In this document: positions 50,071 through 60,540 of the stretch, piece by piece | Position numbering within the stretch: position 1 is the stretch's first letter | Layout: every line of letters begins with the position of its first letter | DNA from: Candidatus Poribacteria bacterium | Lineage (GTDB): Bacteria > Poribacteria > WGA-4E > WGA-3G | Direction of reading: 5' to 3' | DNA: 64,000 bases | NCBI GenBank assembly: GCA_964291315.2 | Contig: OZ219753.1 | Span: forward strand, 2,464,001 to 2,528,000 | Translations under genes and position numbers: made by a program | The notes under the pieces: generated by a model | What the model saw: the letters and a program-made list of their open reading frames with translations, nothing else | What the model was told of the DNA's origin: nothing | Database searches by the model: none

Positions 50071-50877
50071 CTATTTTTCCCAATCCTTGTGCCAAATAAG
50101 CCTGTTTTGCTTATCGTTGTCGAGCACATCGCCTATTTCAAGCGAGTTAAAATAGTCTTCTGGTAGTATATTCCGCTTGCCGTTGAATGTGGCTCCGTCA
50201 GGCATGAACCCGCATGTCATCGCTCTGCGATGGTGAATTGTCATGTTCACACCGGCACCGTGCGCAACAAGTCCATTGTGCCATACAATAGAACCGGCAG
50301 CACACGGGGCACACTGTGGTTCAATGTGCTGCCATTCCGGATATACATTGAACAATTCGCCTATGTTTATCCCGATTCCTACATTGTCAAAGCGCGCGGT
50401 CTTATGCGTGCCGGGTAGATACCACATGCAACCGTTCGCGAGTGTGGCATCGTCCAACGCGACCCAGAAAGAAATTGCGTCCCGTGAATCAAACGACCAA
50501 TAAGGTACATCAAGATGCCACGCGGTCGGATTGCCGTGCGGTGGTTTGATCAACGCCTGATCGTGCCATATCCGCATTCCATCAACACCACCCAATTGCG
50601 CTGCCATCTTACCGAGCCTTTGATCGTGGACAAGCTTCCGCATTCCGGCGTGTGTATCAGATAACCGGAGACACTGTGTAAAAACACGAGCGTAGAACTG
50701 CTTGGCGTCCATCTGGTTCGTCATAAATTCGACCGAGTTTCCGAGCCGCTCCTCAACAGATTCATCCGTGCAGCGGCGCCATTCCGCCAATTCTTCGAGG
50801 TCCAAGAATTTCTCAATGACGAGATAGCCGTTTGCCCGATAAAACTTAACCTGTGATTCGGTGAGTTCATGCTGCAT
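50071..50877 (-). CDS. PhyH-family dioxygenase
   Basis: WHDQALIKPP, TAWHLD, NGCMWYLPGTH, HGAGVN..RRA. Confidence 0.9.
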   Translation of the reverse strand: MQHELTESQVKFYRANGYLVIEKFLDLEELAEWRRCTDESVEERLGNSVEFMTNQMDAKQFYARVFTQCLRLSDTHAGMRKLVHDQRLGKMAAQLGGVDGMRIWHDQALIKPPHGNPTAWHLDVPYWSFDSRDAISFWVALDDATLANGCMWYLPGTHKTARFDNVGIGINIGELFNVYPEWQHIEPQCAPCAAGSIVWHNGLVAHGAGVNMTIHHRRAMTCGFMPDGATFNGKRNILPEDYFNSLEIGDVLDNDKQNRLIWHKDWEK

Positions 50878-51092
50878 TTGTCACTCTCTCCTTTTAGATC
50901 TTTATCGTTATGCACTTACAAGCACTCATTACAGAATTGTATCATATAAGTGATAAATAAGCAAGGGTTTTACGTCATGATGCCAAAAGTTCCTCTCTCT
51001 TCAAAGATGAACCAAATATGTATCAAACCCGAATATTTTGCTAAAAAACTTGACATATATTTGTGGTTAAGATATTCTTACGGATAGATGCC

Positions 51093-51120
51093 TTGACATA
51101 CTTACAATTTAAGGTATAAT
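51093..51120 (+). promoter_or_regulatory. Consensus sigma70 promoter
   Basis: TTGACA-N16-TATAAT; further TTGACA at ~51050 and ~51400 and TATAAT boxes at ~51426-51441. Confidence 0.6.
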
Positions 51121-51689
51121 TAACGTGAGTTTTAAAAAAGAGTGAGTAGGTTCTTTTGTAGCAGAACCTGTTAGGTTGTGCAGTAGAGCTTGTAGCATAA
51201 ACTGTGAGTCTGTGCAAAGGCTCTCTTTATACAAAGATGAACCCAATAATTATCAAAACCGCGTTATAACTAAACCCATAGATAAACTTGCATCGACATT
51301 GACCGCTCACTATTGTCGACAGGGCAACTCCTATACCAAGAAAAGAGCATCGCCTGCGGGAGATAGCAGGAGTGAAAGGCACGCCTATAACAACAAATTT
51401 TGACACTCTTTCTTGATTTTTGCGTTATAATATTGTATAATAATAAAGTATGAATACTTTTAGCACTGCTACTTAAGATCTAAACCCTTGTTAGGACTTC
51501 CAGATGTCGTTCAAAGGTGTCTGAAATTAGGGGATGTCCAAAAAAAACGGCACTGAAGAAACATTTAAATATCGAGAATCTGAGGGTATCCCTCAGCGTA
51601 AAGTTGACTTGTAAGTAGGAGCGAATGGATTCGCAATTTCTGCGTCCATCACTGTTTAACCTTAGTTAATATAGAGGAGAACAAACGTA

Positions 51690-54524
51690 ATGTTATGGAA
51701 TAAAATCAGAATTTTTGTAGTCTTCGGACTCGTGTTTGTCTTTGCAACCACACAAGCTTTTGGTCTCACTGGCCCTATAATTGGCACGGATGGGGATAGC
51801 AATAAGTATCAGCTGTGGACTGAACTCAAGAAAGCCAAAGGCTTTTCGCTCATTATGAAAGATTTCAATCTCGGTTCCGGTGCAGCTCGTATAGTTAACT
51901 CTGTACACGCGGAGCAGGTCGCTGATTTGCCAGACCTAAAGGCTTTATTGATGCGCGGCGGTGCCATCACAATCTCAATGCGAGTGCCGCTCGCAGCCGA
52001 AATTAGCGACGCTGCCAACCACAGCCTAAAAGCCACAGCGACAGAGGCCGATCTGCTGGCGCTGAAGCACCGCATTGTCATCACCGAGGTGAATTGGGGA
52101 ACGGATACCCCGTACAGAACAGATGCCCAATGGTTTGAGCTCTATAACGCTGGCGCCGCTTTGAAATCCAAGGATTATATCAGGTGGCGCACACATGACA
52201 CGTTGGATCCCGCCGCTGTCCCCGCTCCGGGTAAGATGTTCATGTGGGACGATGATGATGATACGGTCACAGATAAACGCAAGTATGTTGTTTTGGATCG
52301 TGTCGCAGCGATAGATGGGTTTGGCCGGCCGTGGAATCTGAAAGGTACCGATGGCGATACTGCCGACGGTGAACCCGATGGTGATGCACCTACCGATAGG
52401 AATACAGAAGATCCTGCCAATGCGATGACCTCCATGTATCGAAAGATCGAGCTAGATGCCGCGGGTACGGCGTATAAAGTCGAGAACGGAAAACTGAAAG
52501 GGCTCGGGGAAGGCAACGAAGCAGGCTCCTGGGAAGCCTCTGCGGCTCGGTATAATTACTTCAAAGGTAATTACAAAGCGAGTCCGGGGGCTGTTCACAG
52601 TGGTCGCGGGGGTCCGGGGGCAGTCCGGTTTGATATGAACCCTGCCTCTATCTCTTCCACCGGTATCATCATCAATGAGGTGCGCAACGACCCCTCAAGT
52701 GCAAACTTGGATTGGATAGAGCTCTTCTATAATAGCGATAATGCATCGGATGCCCCCGTGAATATAAAGAACTATGAGCTGAGCCTCGTCATGGGCAAGA
52801 TGAAGGCTGACGGCAGCGGCTATCACGAGTCCGGGGATGCCAACTTCACGGACACAAGCCTCGCGGTGCTGCCTGAATATAAGATGAAGCCGGGCGAGTA
52901 TCTCGTCGTCTATAACCGGGAGCCTGGGAAAAGTGTTGGGTTCGCTAACGGTGAGAACCTTCAGGGCATCTTGGACAAAACTGACATCAAGACAGGTGCC
53001 ACGCACAAGTATGTGGTCGCTGACACTCTCAACCTGCCTGCTACAGGCAAGTTCTTGATCCTGCTGCGCACCCGAAATCATGCCGATGATGTCGGCAAGC
53101 CGACGAATGTCAAAGACTACGTTGGTAACGGGTTCTTCAAGCGCGTGGAAGATAAGAAGTTCAATACAAATGTCTGGCCGTTTGTCGGTTGGACGACCCC
53201 GGGAGACGTTGACGACTTCGGAGACATGAACACCTTTGCCTCTCTGAGTATGTCGTTCGGTCGCGGTGTCCACTTGAACTCGATGGGCAAGTATTGGGCG
53301 AAGTCGCGGGCAAACCGCGTTCACAAAGACGACTGGCAGTCGTTCGAGTTCAGTGGCACCGGCTACGATCGCGGCAAAGATAAAGGCATTGATATAACGA
53401 GTTCGCCTGGCACGCCGGGGTATCCCAACATGGCTATCACCATGATCACCGACGACAGAGACACCTCAGCGACTGATGATGATTACATGTTCGATGGAAA
53501 CGTCACGATCAGCGAGATTATGTATGATGCGGGGCCCCGCTCCAACTTGGTGCAATGGATAGAACTCTACAACAGCTCTATGACTGAGACCATAAACCTT
53601 GAAGGCTGGGAGTTAGAGATCCGCAACCAAGACGCAGACCAAGAAGCGTATGTAGATGCGGATTTCACCTTTAATGCGGATACGTATCTGCCGCCGAATC
53701 AGACGTTACTTCTGGTGTCGAGCAGTGGGATGAACGATGTAGCAGATAACTACGTCTACAACCTACAAGAGAAGCACCGGAACGATCTCGGGTTGACAAC
53801 GCGCGGGCGTCTATTGCTGAGCTCCGAGGGCTTCCATCTGGAGCTGCGGGCGAAAGTCAACGAGGCCGGCGACTCGAAGTTGATGGCAGTGGACACAGCT
53901 GGCAACCTTGAGATAGCGGGTGCTACGCGTACGCATAAGTGGGACCTGCCAAAACCCGGTGATGTACGTGTCTCTATTGTGCGGACCTATGCGGGTGTCT
54001 TCAACGATATGGCGGAAGGTTCTGGACCGCGTGATGCGGATGACGGGCTGATGGAAGCCTCTTGGCGGAAATCTGACCTTGTCGGTGCCACGATGACTTT
54101 CTATGGACATCGGGACGATATCGGCACGCCCGGCTACCGCCTCGGCGGCCCGCTACCCGTTTCACTTTCCAGCTTCCGGCCTGTGCGCAACGCCACAACA
54201 GGACACGTTGAGATTACTTGGATAACGCAGTCCGAGCTAAACAACGCCGGGTTCAATATCCTACGCAGTGAGAGCAAGACCGACGAGTTCCAAGTGATTA
54301 ACACGAAGGGTCTGATTGCTGGCCACGGCACGACATCCGAGAAGCATGTGTATACCTACACAGATACCACTGCAAAGCCGAATGTGGTGTATTACTACCA
54401 GATAGAAGATGTCTCTATGGACGGGGTGCGCACAACGTTACGGACGACGCATCTGCGTGGGGATGTCTCTGCGAGTGGTAAACTCACAACGCGTTGGGGT
54501 GAGCTCAAATCGTCTGGTAAATAG
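51690..54524 (+). CDS. Large secreted lamin-tail-domain (LTD) protein
   Basis: Signal peptide; three LTD-like starts (IVITEVNW..QWFELYN, IIINEV..DWIELFY, VTISEIMY..QWIELYN) with SPG/TPG ends; PLPVSLSSF Ig-like module; C-terminal VSASGKLTTRWGELKS; RBS gaggag. Confidence 0.85.
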   Translation: MLWNKIRIFVVFGLVFVFATTQAFGLTGPIIGTDGDSNKYQLWTELKKAKGFSLIMKDFNLGSGAARIVNSVHAEQVADLPDLKALLMRGGAITISMRVPLAAEISDAANHSLKATATEADLLALKHRIVITEVNWGTDTPYRTDAQWFELYNAGAALKSKDYIRWRTHDTLDPAAVPAPGKMFMWDDDDDTVTDKRKYVVLDRVAAIDGFGRPWNLKGTDGDTADGEPDGDAPTDRNTEDPANAMTSMYRKIELDAAGTAYKVENGKLKGLGEGNEAGSWEASAARYNYFKGNYKASPGAVHSGRGGPGAVRFDMNPASISSTGIIINEVRNDPSSANLDWIELFYNSDNASDAPVNIKNYELSLVMGKMKADGSGYHESGDANFTDTSLAVLPEYKMKPGEYLVVYNREPGKSVGFANGENLQGILDKTDIKTGATHKYVVADTLNLPATGKFLILLRTRNHADDVGKPTNVKDYVGNGFFKRVEDKKFNTNVWPFVGWTTPGDVDDFGDMNTFASLSMSFGRGVHLNSMGKYWAKSRANRVHKDDWQSFEFSGTGYDRGKDKGIDITSSPGTPGYPNMAITMITDDRDTSATDDDYMFDGNVTISEIMYDAGPRSNLVQWIELYNSSMTETINLEGWELEIRNQDADQEAYVDADFTFNADTYLPPNQTLLLVSSSGMNDVADNYVYNLQEKHRNDLGLTTRGRLLLSSEGFHLELRAKVNEAGDSKLMAVDTAGNLEIAGATRTHKWDLPKPGDVRVSIVRTYAGVFNDMAEGSGPRDADDGLMEASWRKSDLVGATMTFYGHRDDIGTPGYRLGGPLPVSLSSFRPVRNATTGHVEITWITQSELNNAGFNILRSESKTDEFQVINTKGLIAGHGTTSEKHVYTYTDTTAKPNVVYYYQIEDVSMDGVRTTLRTTHLRGDVSASGKLTTRWGELKSSGK

Positions 54525-54572
54525 CGGACACAGCGGTTAGACAGAGACAAAATTAACCTAAAATTAACTGAA

Positions 54573-54612
54573 TTCTGGGGAGTGGAACGCCTGTTTCACC
54601 CCCGGAGTTTTT
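54573..54612 (+). terminator. Probable intrinsic terminator
   Basis: ctgggg-agtggaac...gtttcac-ccccgg stem followed by a T-tract, downstream of the LTD gene. Confidence 0.6.
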
Positions 54613-54990
54613 CCACAGTTGCCGACTGACTCCCCATAGACCTGATTTCCAATACTGCCGACACCATTGAGTCGCATACCACTCTATTTTTTTAAGAAAA
54701 GCGATGTGCATGATTTGATTTGCTTTTCCGGCATACAGCTGCTAAAATAGATAAGATAGGTTTGCAGCATGTGCCTCAAGGACAACGGATCCACGAGGGC
54801 AACATGGCTAAGGCAATTTCGGCATTACCGTCGATAGCTACCTAGAACATAAGTAGGACAGTCTGCTAGTACCAATTCAACAAAAGGTGATGTGTCCTCT
54901 CCACTTATTGGACACATCAAGGCGAGCTGTCTCACCGTTTCTGGACTTCAAGCACAGATTATGAGCAGAAAAAAATAGTGAGATATAACG

Positions 54991-55581
54991 ATGTCTGGCG
55001 AAACAGGGCGACGCGGCTTTTTCAAGGAAGCTTTGAACCAAATCATGCAACCCGTCGCCGAATTTCTTGAGGACCGGGTAGAAGAACATCTTCACTCCGC
55101 AGATTCAGCGCAACCTGTTATCTTTCGACCCCCCGGAGCATTACGTGAACCAGAATTTTTAGAACGGTGCCATCGGTGTGGAAACTGTGTCAAGAATTGT
55201 CCGGCAGACGCTATTCAGCTCTTGCAGAGTCAGGATGCCAACCTTGCCAATACGCCCTACATAGACCCTGATGAGCAGCCTTGCGTTATTTGCGATTCCT
55301 TGGCCTGTATGTACGTCTGTCCGAGCGGTGCTTTACAAACCGTTTATGCCGAAGACATTAGAATCGGACTAGCAGTCTTTACTACAGAAACCTGCCTCCG
55401 TACAAAAGAAACAGATTGCACCTACTGTGTTGACACTTGTCCTATTGGAAGTGAAGCGATTCGCCTTACGTCAGATGGGAGTGTAGAGGTCATAGATTCA
55501 GGATGCACAGGGTGTGGTGTCTGCCAATACGTCTGTCCAACTTTACCGAAGTCTATAACCGTTAAGCCGCTTACTGCGTAA
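54991..55581 (+). CDS. NapG/MauM-type polyferredoxin (4Fe-4S)
   Basis: GRRGFF N-terminus, RPPGA, CHRCGNCVKNCP, CVIC...CMYVCP, CTYCVDTCP, CTGCGVCQYVCP. Confidence 0.9.
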   Translation: MSGETGRRGFFKEALNQIMQPVAEFLEDRVEEHLHSADSAQPVIFRPPGALREPEFLERCHRCGNCVKNCPADAIQLLQSQDANLANTPYIDPDEQPCVICDSLACMYVCPSGALQTVYAEDIRIGLAVFTTETCLRTKETDCTYCVDTCPIGSEAIRLTSDGSVEVIDSGCTGCGVCQYVCPTLPKSITVKPLTA

Positions 55582-55624
55582 CTATCTCCGCCTATTTTTT
55601 TTCTCGCGTCTTTTCCTAAACAGT

Positions 55625-56182
55625 ATGTCTTTATTTACACAAATGCTTATGCAAGGGACTTTAGAGGCGCGGAACCTGCGTGACATTAAACCACCGTTGG
55701 AAATACCACAGAGCCTCTTAATTTACTTTATCGGCGGGGCCGCTCTACTCGGCTTTATAACCCTTTCTGCATGGATCTATGCCCGAAAACGTTATCGACG
55801 AGTCTTATCAGGGCCCCTGGCCGAAGACAACAGTACGCCCCTACCGCATGAAGTCGCATACGAACACCTAGCAGCTATTGAAGACTCCGATTGGTTGGAA
55901 CGCGGTGATACGGTAAAGTATCATACCCAAATTGCCTACGTTCTGCGTGAATACATCCGAGGACGCTATCAGATTCCAGCATTGGAATTGACGACGACAG
56001 CCCTGCTGTACGCGATGCGACGCGCCCAAATAGGTACATCTTATGTTGAACACGTCCAACAATTGCTCGCCAGCTGCGATAGAGTCAAGTTCGCAAATTA
56101 CAGACCCGAACTGTCAGAGGCGACCACACGGATAGCGGACGCACGTTGGGTTGTTGATAACACAAAAGCATCAATTTCGTGA
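55625..56182 (+). CDS. Bat/MoxR-operon-associated single-TM protein (DUF4381-like)
   Basis: LRDIKPP, one TM, PHEVAYEHL, LREYIRGRY, ELTT, DRVKFANY. Confidence 0.7.
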   Translation: MSLFTQMLMQGTLEARNLRDIKPPLEIPQSLLIYFIGGAALLGFITLSAWIYARKRYRRVLSGPLAEDNSTPLPHEVAYEHLAAIEDSDWLERGDTVKYHTQIAYVLREYIRGRYQIPALELTTTALLYAMRRAQIGTSYVEHVQQLLASCDRVKFANYRPELSEATTRIADARWVVDNTKASIS

Positions 56183-56212
56183 GCTACGGTGCAGGATAGG
56201 TTTTGCCTTATG

Positions 56213-57112
56213 CTACAACTGAGCTTTCAAATAGGCATAGGTCCAGTCCGAGACTGTATAACCACAGTTACTGTAAAAAAGTAGTGCCCGGTAATTTTTC
56301 CAATTGGTGCTAATTACGGCATGACGATATCCAACATTACGCATCTTGTGAAGTGTGAATTCCAACAAGTAACGCCCTAGACCGTGCCCTTGGAATTCGT
56401 CATTTACACCCAGCCACATGGTATGCAGCCAATCTTGCGCGTCGGGGTGCTCTGAGAACTCGCCACCTGATACTGAATAGCAGACACCAACCTCTACGTT
56501 GTTCTGTAATGCTTGCACAGTGCAGTTTGGACGTTCACCCCTACCGGATTGCCAATCCACCGAAATTTCAACAGGAATTTTCGATTCGATTGGGGTGACA
56601 ACGTAGTCTTTCCATGCTAAAAATACTTCACCGAATTTACGTTGATAGCCGTTGTGTCCGAGAAGCCCGTGGACTTGCCCTAAGCTATCCGATAGGTAAG
56701 CGTGTCCAAAGTGATAAAATCGATAGCGGTAGTCTTGTGGGAAGGCGATGATTTGACCGGAATTATAAGTGGATAGGTAGGATTCCGCTTTTTCAAGGAG
56801 GGCCTGTCCAGCTTGTCGTTCCCCGGGGCGATAGCCGAAAAACCGAATAATACCGATATTGTTCTCGCTCAGCTCTTCAATCGGTCCGATACCGACCTGT
56901 ATGAACCCGAGAACCGTCCCTGGCTCTCTGGCAACAAAGGTAGTTTGAGGCAGGAGTGCCTTCTTGTCTTCTGTTTCGTGGGCAGTAGGTGCCAATAATG
57001 CACCTAATTCTCCCCCACTTATAGGGTAGCAGTGTGGAACATTGGCGGTGAGGTCGTTGTAGAATTCGGATGAATGCCTTTGCATCTCTGTGGTGTATTC
57101 AAGGACTTCCAT
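56213..57112 (-). CDS. GNAT-family N-acetyltransferase (tandem domains)
   Basis: FQGHGLGRYLL, NYRALLFYSNCGY; degenerate N-terminal GNAT (RQAGQALL). Confidence 0.85.
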   Translation of the reverse strand: MEVLEYTTEMQRHSSEFYNDLTANVPHCYPISGGELGALLAPTAHETEDKKALLPQTTFVAREPGTVLGFIQVGIGPIEELSENNIGIIRFFGYRPGERQAGQALLEKAESYLSTYNSGQIIAFPQDYRYRFYHFGHAYLSDSLGQVHGLLGHNGYQRKFGEVFLAWKDYVVTPIESKIPVEISVDWQSGRGERPNCTVQALQNNVEVGVCYSVSGGEFSEHPDAQDWLHTMWLGVNDEFQGHGLGRYLLEFTLHKMRNVGYRHAVISTNWKNYRALLFYSNCGYTVSDWTYAYLKAQL

Positions 57113-57306
57113 AGAATAATATCTCCCTTTCAGGATTATCGGTTCCCTTTGAATGTCTAGCACGCGCTGTTACAACCCTCTGATTTGTAGCCGTCGCGAA
57201 CATTCCTACAGCTAGAAACGCTAACAACTGTCGACTTTTTGGAAGCTGATATCCATTAAATTTTATGATAGCATGAGTATCATGAGAAATCAATTGGATA
57301 AAAAAT

Positions 57307-57336
57307 TTGACATAATTAAGAGAGATATGGTATGAT
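57307..57336 (+). promoter_or_regulatory. Sigma70-like promoter of the Rsb-like operon
   Basis: TTGACA-N18-TATGAT with an extended TGn -10. Confidence 0.6.
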
Positions 57337-57504
57337 TTAATTTAATCAAGTTTTCATAAACTTACATCTAAACAATCGGTTGAAATCTGCTAAAGTTCTC
57401 TTTAATATTCTTCATTTCCTGCCGATTGCAAAAGGAACAAAAGCCGAAATAGATTTTGTAGATTTCTATACAAACACAAGCCATAGCAAGGAGGGAAACG
57501 CAAC

Positions 57505-57936
57505 GTGTCACATACAGCTAAACACGTCGCCCTCACTATACCGATGTATCCTGATATGGAACTTGCTGCAGCCAAGACAGCCTCTGTTCTTGCCGAGTTG
57601 ATGGATTTCGGAGAGGGAGAGGTTGAGGAGATCCAACTTGCAATCATCGAAACCTGTATTAACGCCTTTGAACATAGTCAAAGCGCCGATCAGGAAGTCC
57701 ATATCGACTTTGTACTTATGGATGATGAGTTGCAATTTAAGGTCACAGATCGAGGAGTCGGTATCTCTTCTGATACACTTGACGGGAGCCGACTGCTTGG
57801 AACACCAGGCGTACATGCGGATCTCCGTAAGCGCGGAATGGGGTTGCAAATTATCAGGTCCCTAATGGATGAAGTAGATATAGAAAGCACCCCTAACGGA
57901 ACAACTGTCAGGATTATAAAAAGAAAGAGACCCTGA
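57505..57936 (+). CDS. RsbW-like anti-sigma factor Ser/Thr kinase
   Basis: LAIIETCINAFEH, DRGVG, RGMGLQIIRSLMDEV, GTTV (HATPase_c_2). Confidence 0.92.
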   Translation: MSHTAKHVALTIPMYPDMELAAAKTASVLAELMDFGEGEVEEIQLAIIETCINAFEHSQSADQEVHIDFVLMDDELQFKVTDRGVGISSDTLDGSRLLGTPGVHADLRKRGMGLQIIRSLMDEVDIESTPNGTTVRIIKRKRP

Positions 57937-58105
57937 ACCCTTGGACCGCTTCGCTGTATTAAGAACACAACTTCGGATCAGTGAAGCGAAACTCCAAAAC
58001 CTGTGTTCAAGTCTGTTTTAAGTGATAGACTCTTGCTATATAACCTTCTACTCTATAGGGATGTAGCTTGCAAGTCCGTGTAAGGAAGTTAAGGAGGTAT
58101 CGGTT

Positions 58106-58447
58106 TTGAACAAATTTGATATTCAAATCCGGGAAGATGGAAAATACGCAATCATTGAGACAGCTGGCTATCTCAACGATGCACTTGGGGAGCAACTCGC
58201 CGGAAAAGCCCGAGAACTCATTCAAAATGGGTATACCCAGCTGGTTATCAATCTTGAGAACACTACGCTTATTAATAGCATAGGTATCTCTATACTTATT
58301 GAAATCATAGAAGCTCTTCATGAACGAGAGGGCGTTCTAAATTTCTGTGGGTTGTCAGGCACTCAGGAACGGACTTTTCGTATGATGGCGCTTGCGAAAT
58401 ACGCCGGCATTTTCCCAGATGAAGAATCCGCTGTCGCCAACCTATAA
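58106..58447 (+). CDS. RsbV-like anti-anti-sigma factor (STAS)
   Basis: LVINL...INSIGISIL with the phosphoacceptor Ser; TTG start after an aaggagg RBS. Confidence 0.9.
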   Translation: MNKFDIQIREDGKYAIIETAGYLNDALGEQLAGKARELIQNGYTQLVINLENTTLINSIGISILIEIIEALHEREGVLNFCGLSGTQERTFRMMALAKYAGIFPDEESAVANL

Positions 58448-58599
58448 CCCTTTTCTCTTTCAGATTTTGATTTCTGTCCTGATTGAGATTTGTTCCGCTT
58501 TATCTGATTAGATGTATCTTTGGAAATACGTCTTGTGCCTTATGGTCATCCTTGTAGTAATAGATATAACGTCAAATATTAACATCTGGACCCAATACT

Positions 58600-60540
58600 A
58601 TGAAAGATTCAAGCGAACCTATCTTGAATAGCGATCTGCAGCAAGCCCATGCTCCACAAAACACTGCGGAGCAGACAATGGAGCGGCTGATATTTAGTCT
58701 GTCCGAGCTGGAGCATTTGGGACAAACGCTAATCTCTGGATATGGCAATTTTAACCATTCCAGCAAAACCTATCTTCGTATTACGCTCGGCACCTTGCAA
58801 GTCACATGCGGTGTGATCCTCCGTTATCATGCCACCCGGCAAAACCTTGATGTCGTGGCATCAGCACCGGAAGAAATCTTCCCGTCAATTGTCATTGAGC
58901 CCGAGGAAGTTTCTCGTTTATTGCAACATCCTTTCATCGAGAAAAGCAAACCTCTAGTAGATTTCGAAGTTTTTTTTACTCGAAGCGCCAAACTCACTGA
59001 AACCCTTGACATTCGCCTCTGGGTTCCACTAAAAATTCAAGACGAATTTTTGGGGCTGATCGGTTTAGGCCGATTTTTGGGAAGAGAAACGTTGGAGGCC
59101 TGGGAAAAGGAATTGTTAACTACCCTCGCCCATCAAATTTCAATCGCCATCGCTTATTCACAGATGGTAGAGGGTATCCAGAGCGAAAAGTTTCGGTTAT
59201 TCATGCTTGCCGAAAGCGCACCACAAATCTGTCAACTCTTGCAGCCTGAAGATGCCGCGGAGCAGGTGGTCCTCCAAGCCGTTTCGTTCTTAGATGCCAA
59301 CGCCGGCGCACTCATGCTCAAACGTCCGGAGCAACAAGAGCTCGAGGTGCATTATGCCTTTCCAGAGACATTGGTTGAAAACCAGACAGCCCTGCCCAAC
59401 GGTAATGGACTTATCATCCCCTGGGACGAAAAAACACCTGTCCATGAAAAAACGACATCGGTAAATATGCTAAAATCTGTTGTCAGAGATGGGCTGCCCG
59501 GGCATTGTGTGCCGGAAGCCGATACTCTTTTTGGCGGTAAAAACCTGGTGGCAGTTCCTATCCCAGGGCGAGATGGGGATATTTTGGGGGTCCTAGTTGT
59601 CGGGGATAAAGAGGAACGCGGCGGCAGCATTACACCCTTTACCGATGAGGATGTAGTCTTGCTCGATTCTTTTGCTAAGCAGGCAGGCGTAGCAATTGAG
59701 AATGCTCACCTCCACGAGGAAGCACTTGAAGCGCGGCAGTTGCAAGCAGAGATGGAGGAAGCACGCAAAATTCAAGAGAATCTGATTCCAGAAAAACTCC
59801 CTGACATTCCAGGCTACGAAGTAGCAGGACACTATGAACCGCGCGGCCCGGTCGGAGGCGATTATTATGACTGTATTTCCTTACCTACCGGACATTGGGG
59901 ACTCGCTATCGCGGATGTCTCTGGAAAGGGCATGCAAGCAGCACTACTTATGGCAACCTTGCGCGCCGGACTTATTTCTGAATTATCGCGTGTGAGGACC
60001 GCTACATCAGGAGACGCTAAAAAAGAGGACTGTTTCTCAAGTAGATACGTCGAGATTACCGAAATGGCTATGACCCTCAACTCGCTGCTTTACGCCAGTG
60101 GCACAGAAGAAAAATACGCAACTTTCTTCTATAGTCATCTTAATCCCGAGACCGATGTATTGACAACGCTCAATGCAGGACACAATCCGCCACTTCTCAT
60201 CAGAAAAGATGGTACCCATAAATGGCTGGGCGAAGAAGTCGGCGGCATGCCGTTGGGCATGTTTCCAAACGATATGGTCTCAAATATCGCTGAATATGAA
60301 GCTGAGCATATCCAGCTCGCTAGCGGGGACGTAATCATATATTATACGGACGGGGTCACAGAAACTGTTAACATCGCAGATGAGTATTATGATGAAGATC
60401 GGCTCCTGGAGGCATCAAAGGCATGTAAAGATGATAGCGCTGATGGAATACGAGCATGCCTTCACGAGGCCGTGGTGAGATTTCAGGGGGCCGCAGATCA
60501 ATTTGACGATCTCACGCTGCTGATCTTAAAAAAGAAGTGA
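58600..60540 (+). CDS. RsbU-like GAF-GAF-PP2C (SpoIIE) phosphatase
   Basis: VGGDYYD, IADVSGKG, NAGHNPP, YTDGVTE, DDLTL; two GAF regions. Confidence 0.93.
   Translation: MKDSSEPILNSDLQQAHAPQNTAEQTMERLIFSLSELEHLGQTLISGYGNFNHSSKTYLRITLGTLQVTCGVILRYHATRQNLDVVASAPEEIFPSIVIEPEEVSRLLQHPFIEKSKPLVDFEVFFTRSAKLTETLDIRLWVPLKIQDEFLGLIGLGRFLGRETLEAWEKELLTTLAHQISIAIAYSQMVEGIQSEKFRLFMLAESAPQICQLLQPEDAAEQVVLQAVSFLDANAGALMLKRPEQQELEVHYAFPETLVENQTALPNGNGLIIPWDEKTPVHEKTTSVNMLKSVVRDGLPGHCVPEADTLFGGKNLVAVPIPGRDGDILGVLVVGDKEERGGSITPFTDEDVVLLDSFAKQAGVAIENAHLHEEALEARQLQAEMEEARKIQENLIPEKLPDIPGYEVAGHYEPRGPVGGDYYDCISLPTGHWGLAIADVSGKGMQAALLMATLRAGLISELSRVRTATSGDAKKEDCFSSRYVEITEMAMTLNSLLYASGTEEKYATFFYSHLNPETDVLTTLNAGHNPPLLIRKDGTHKWLGEEVGGMPLGMFPNDMVSNIAEYEAEHIQLASGDVIIYYTDGVTETVNIADEYYDEDRLLEASKACKDDSADGIRACLHEAVVRFQGAADQFDDLTLLILKKK

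Noticed and set aside
51318-51390. c-di-GMP-I riboswitch (gggcaa...acgc)
   Set aside because: The GGCAAAC/GNRA/ACGCAAA consensus and the P2/P3 pairings do not fit.
57505-60540. RsbW/V/U module as a novel system
   Set aside because: A canonical partner-switching module; absence of a sigma factor in the window is common.
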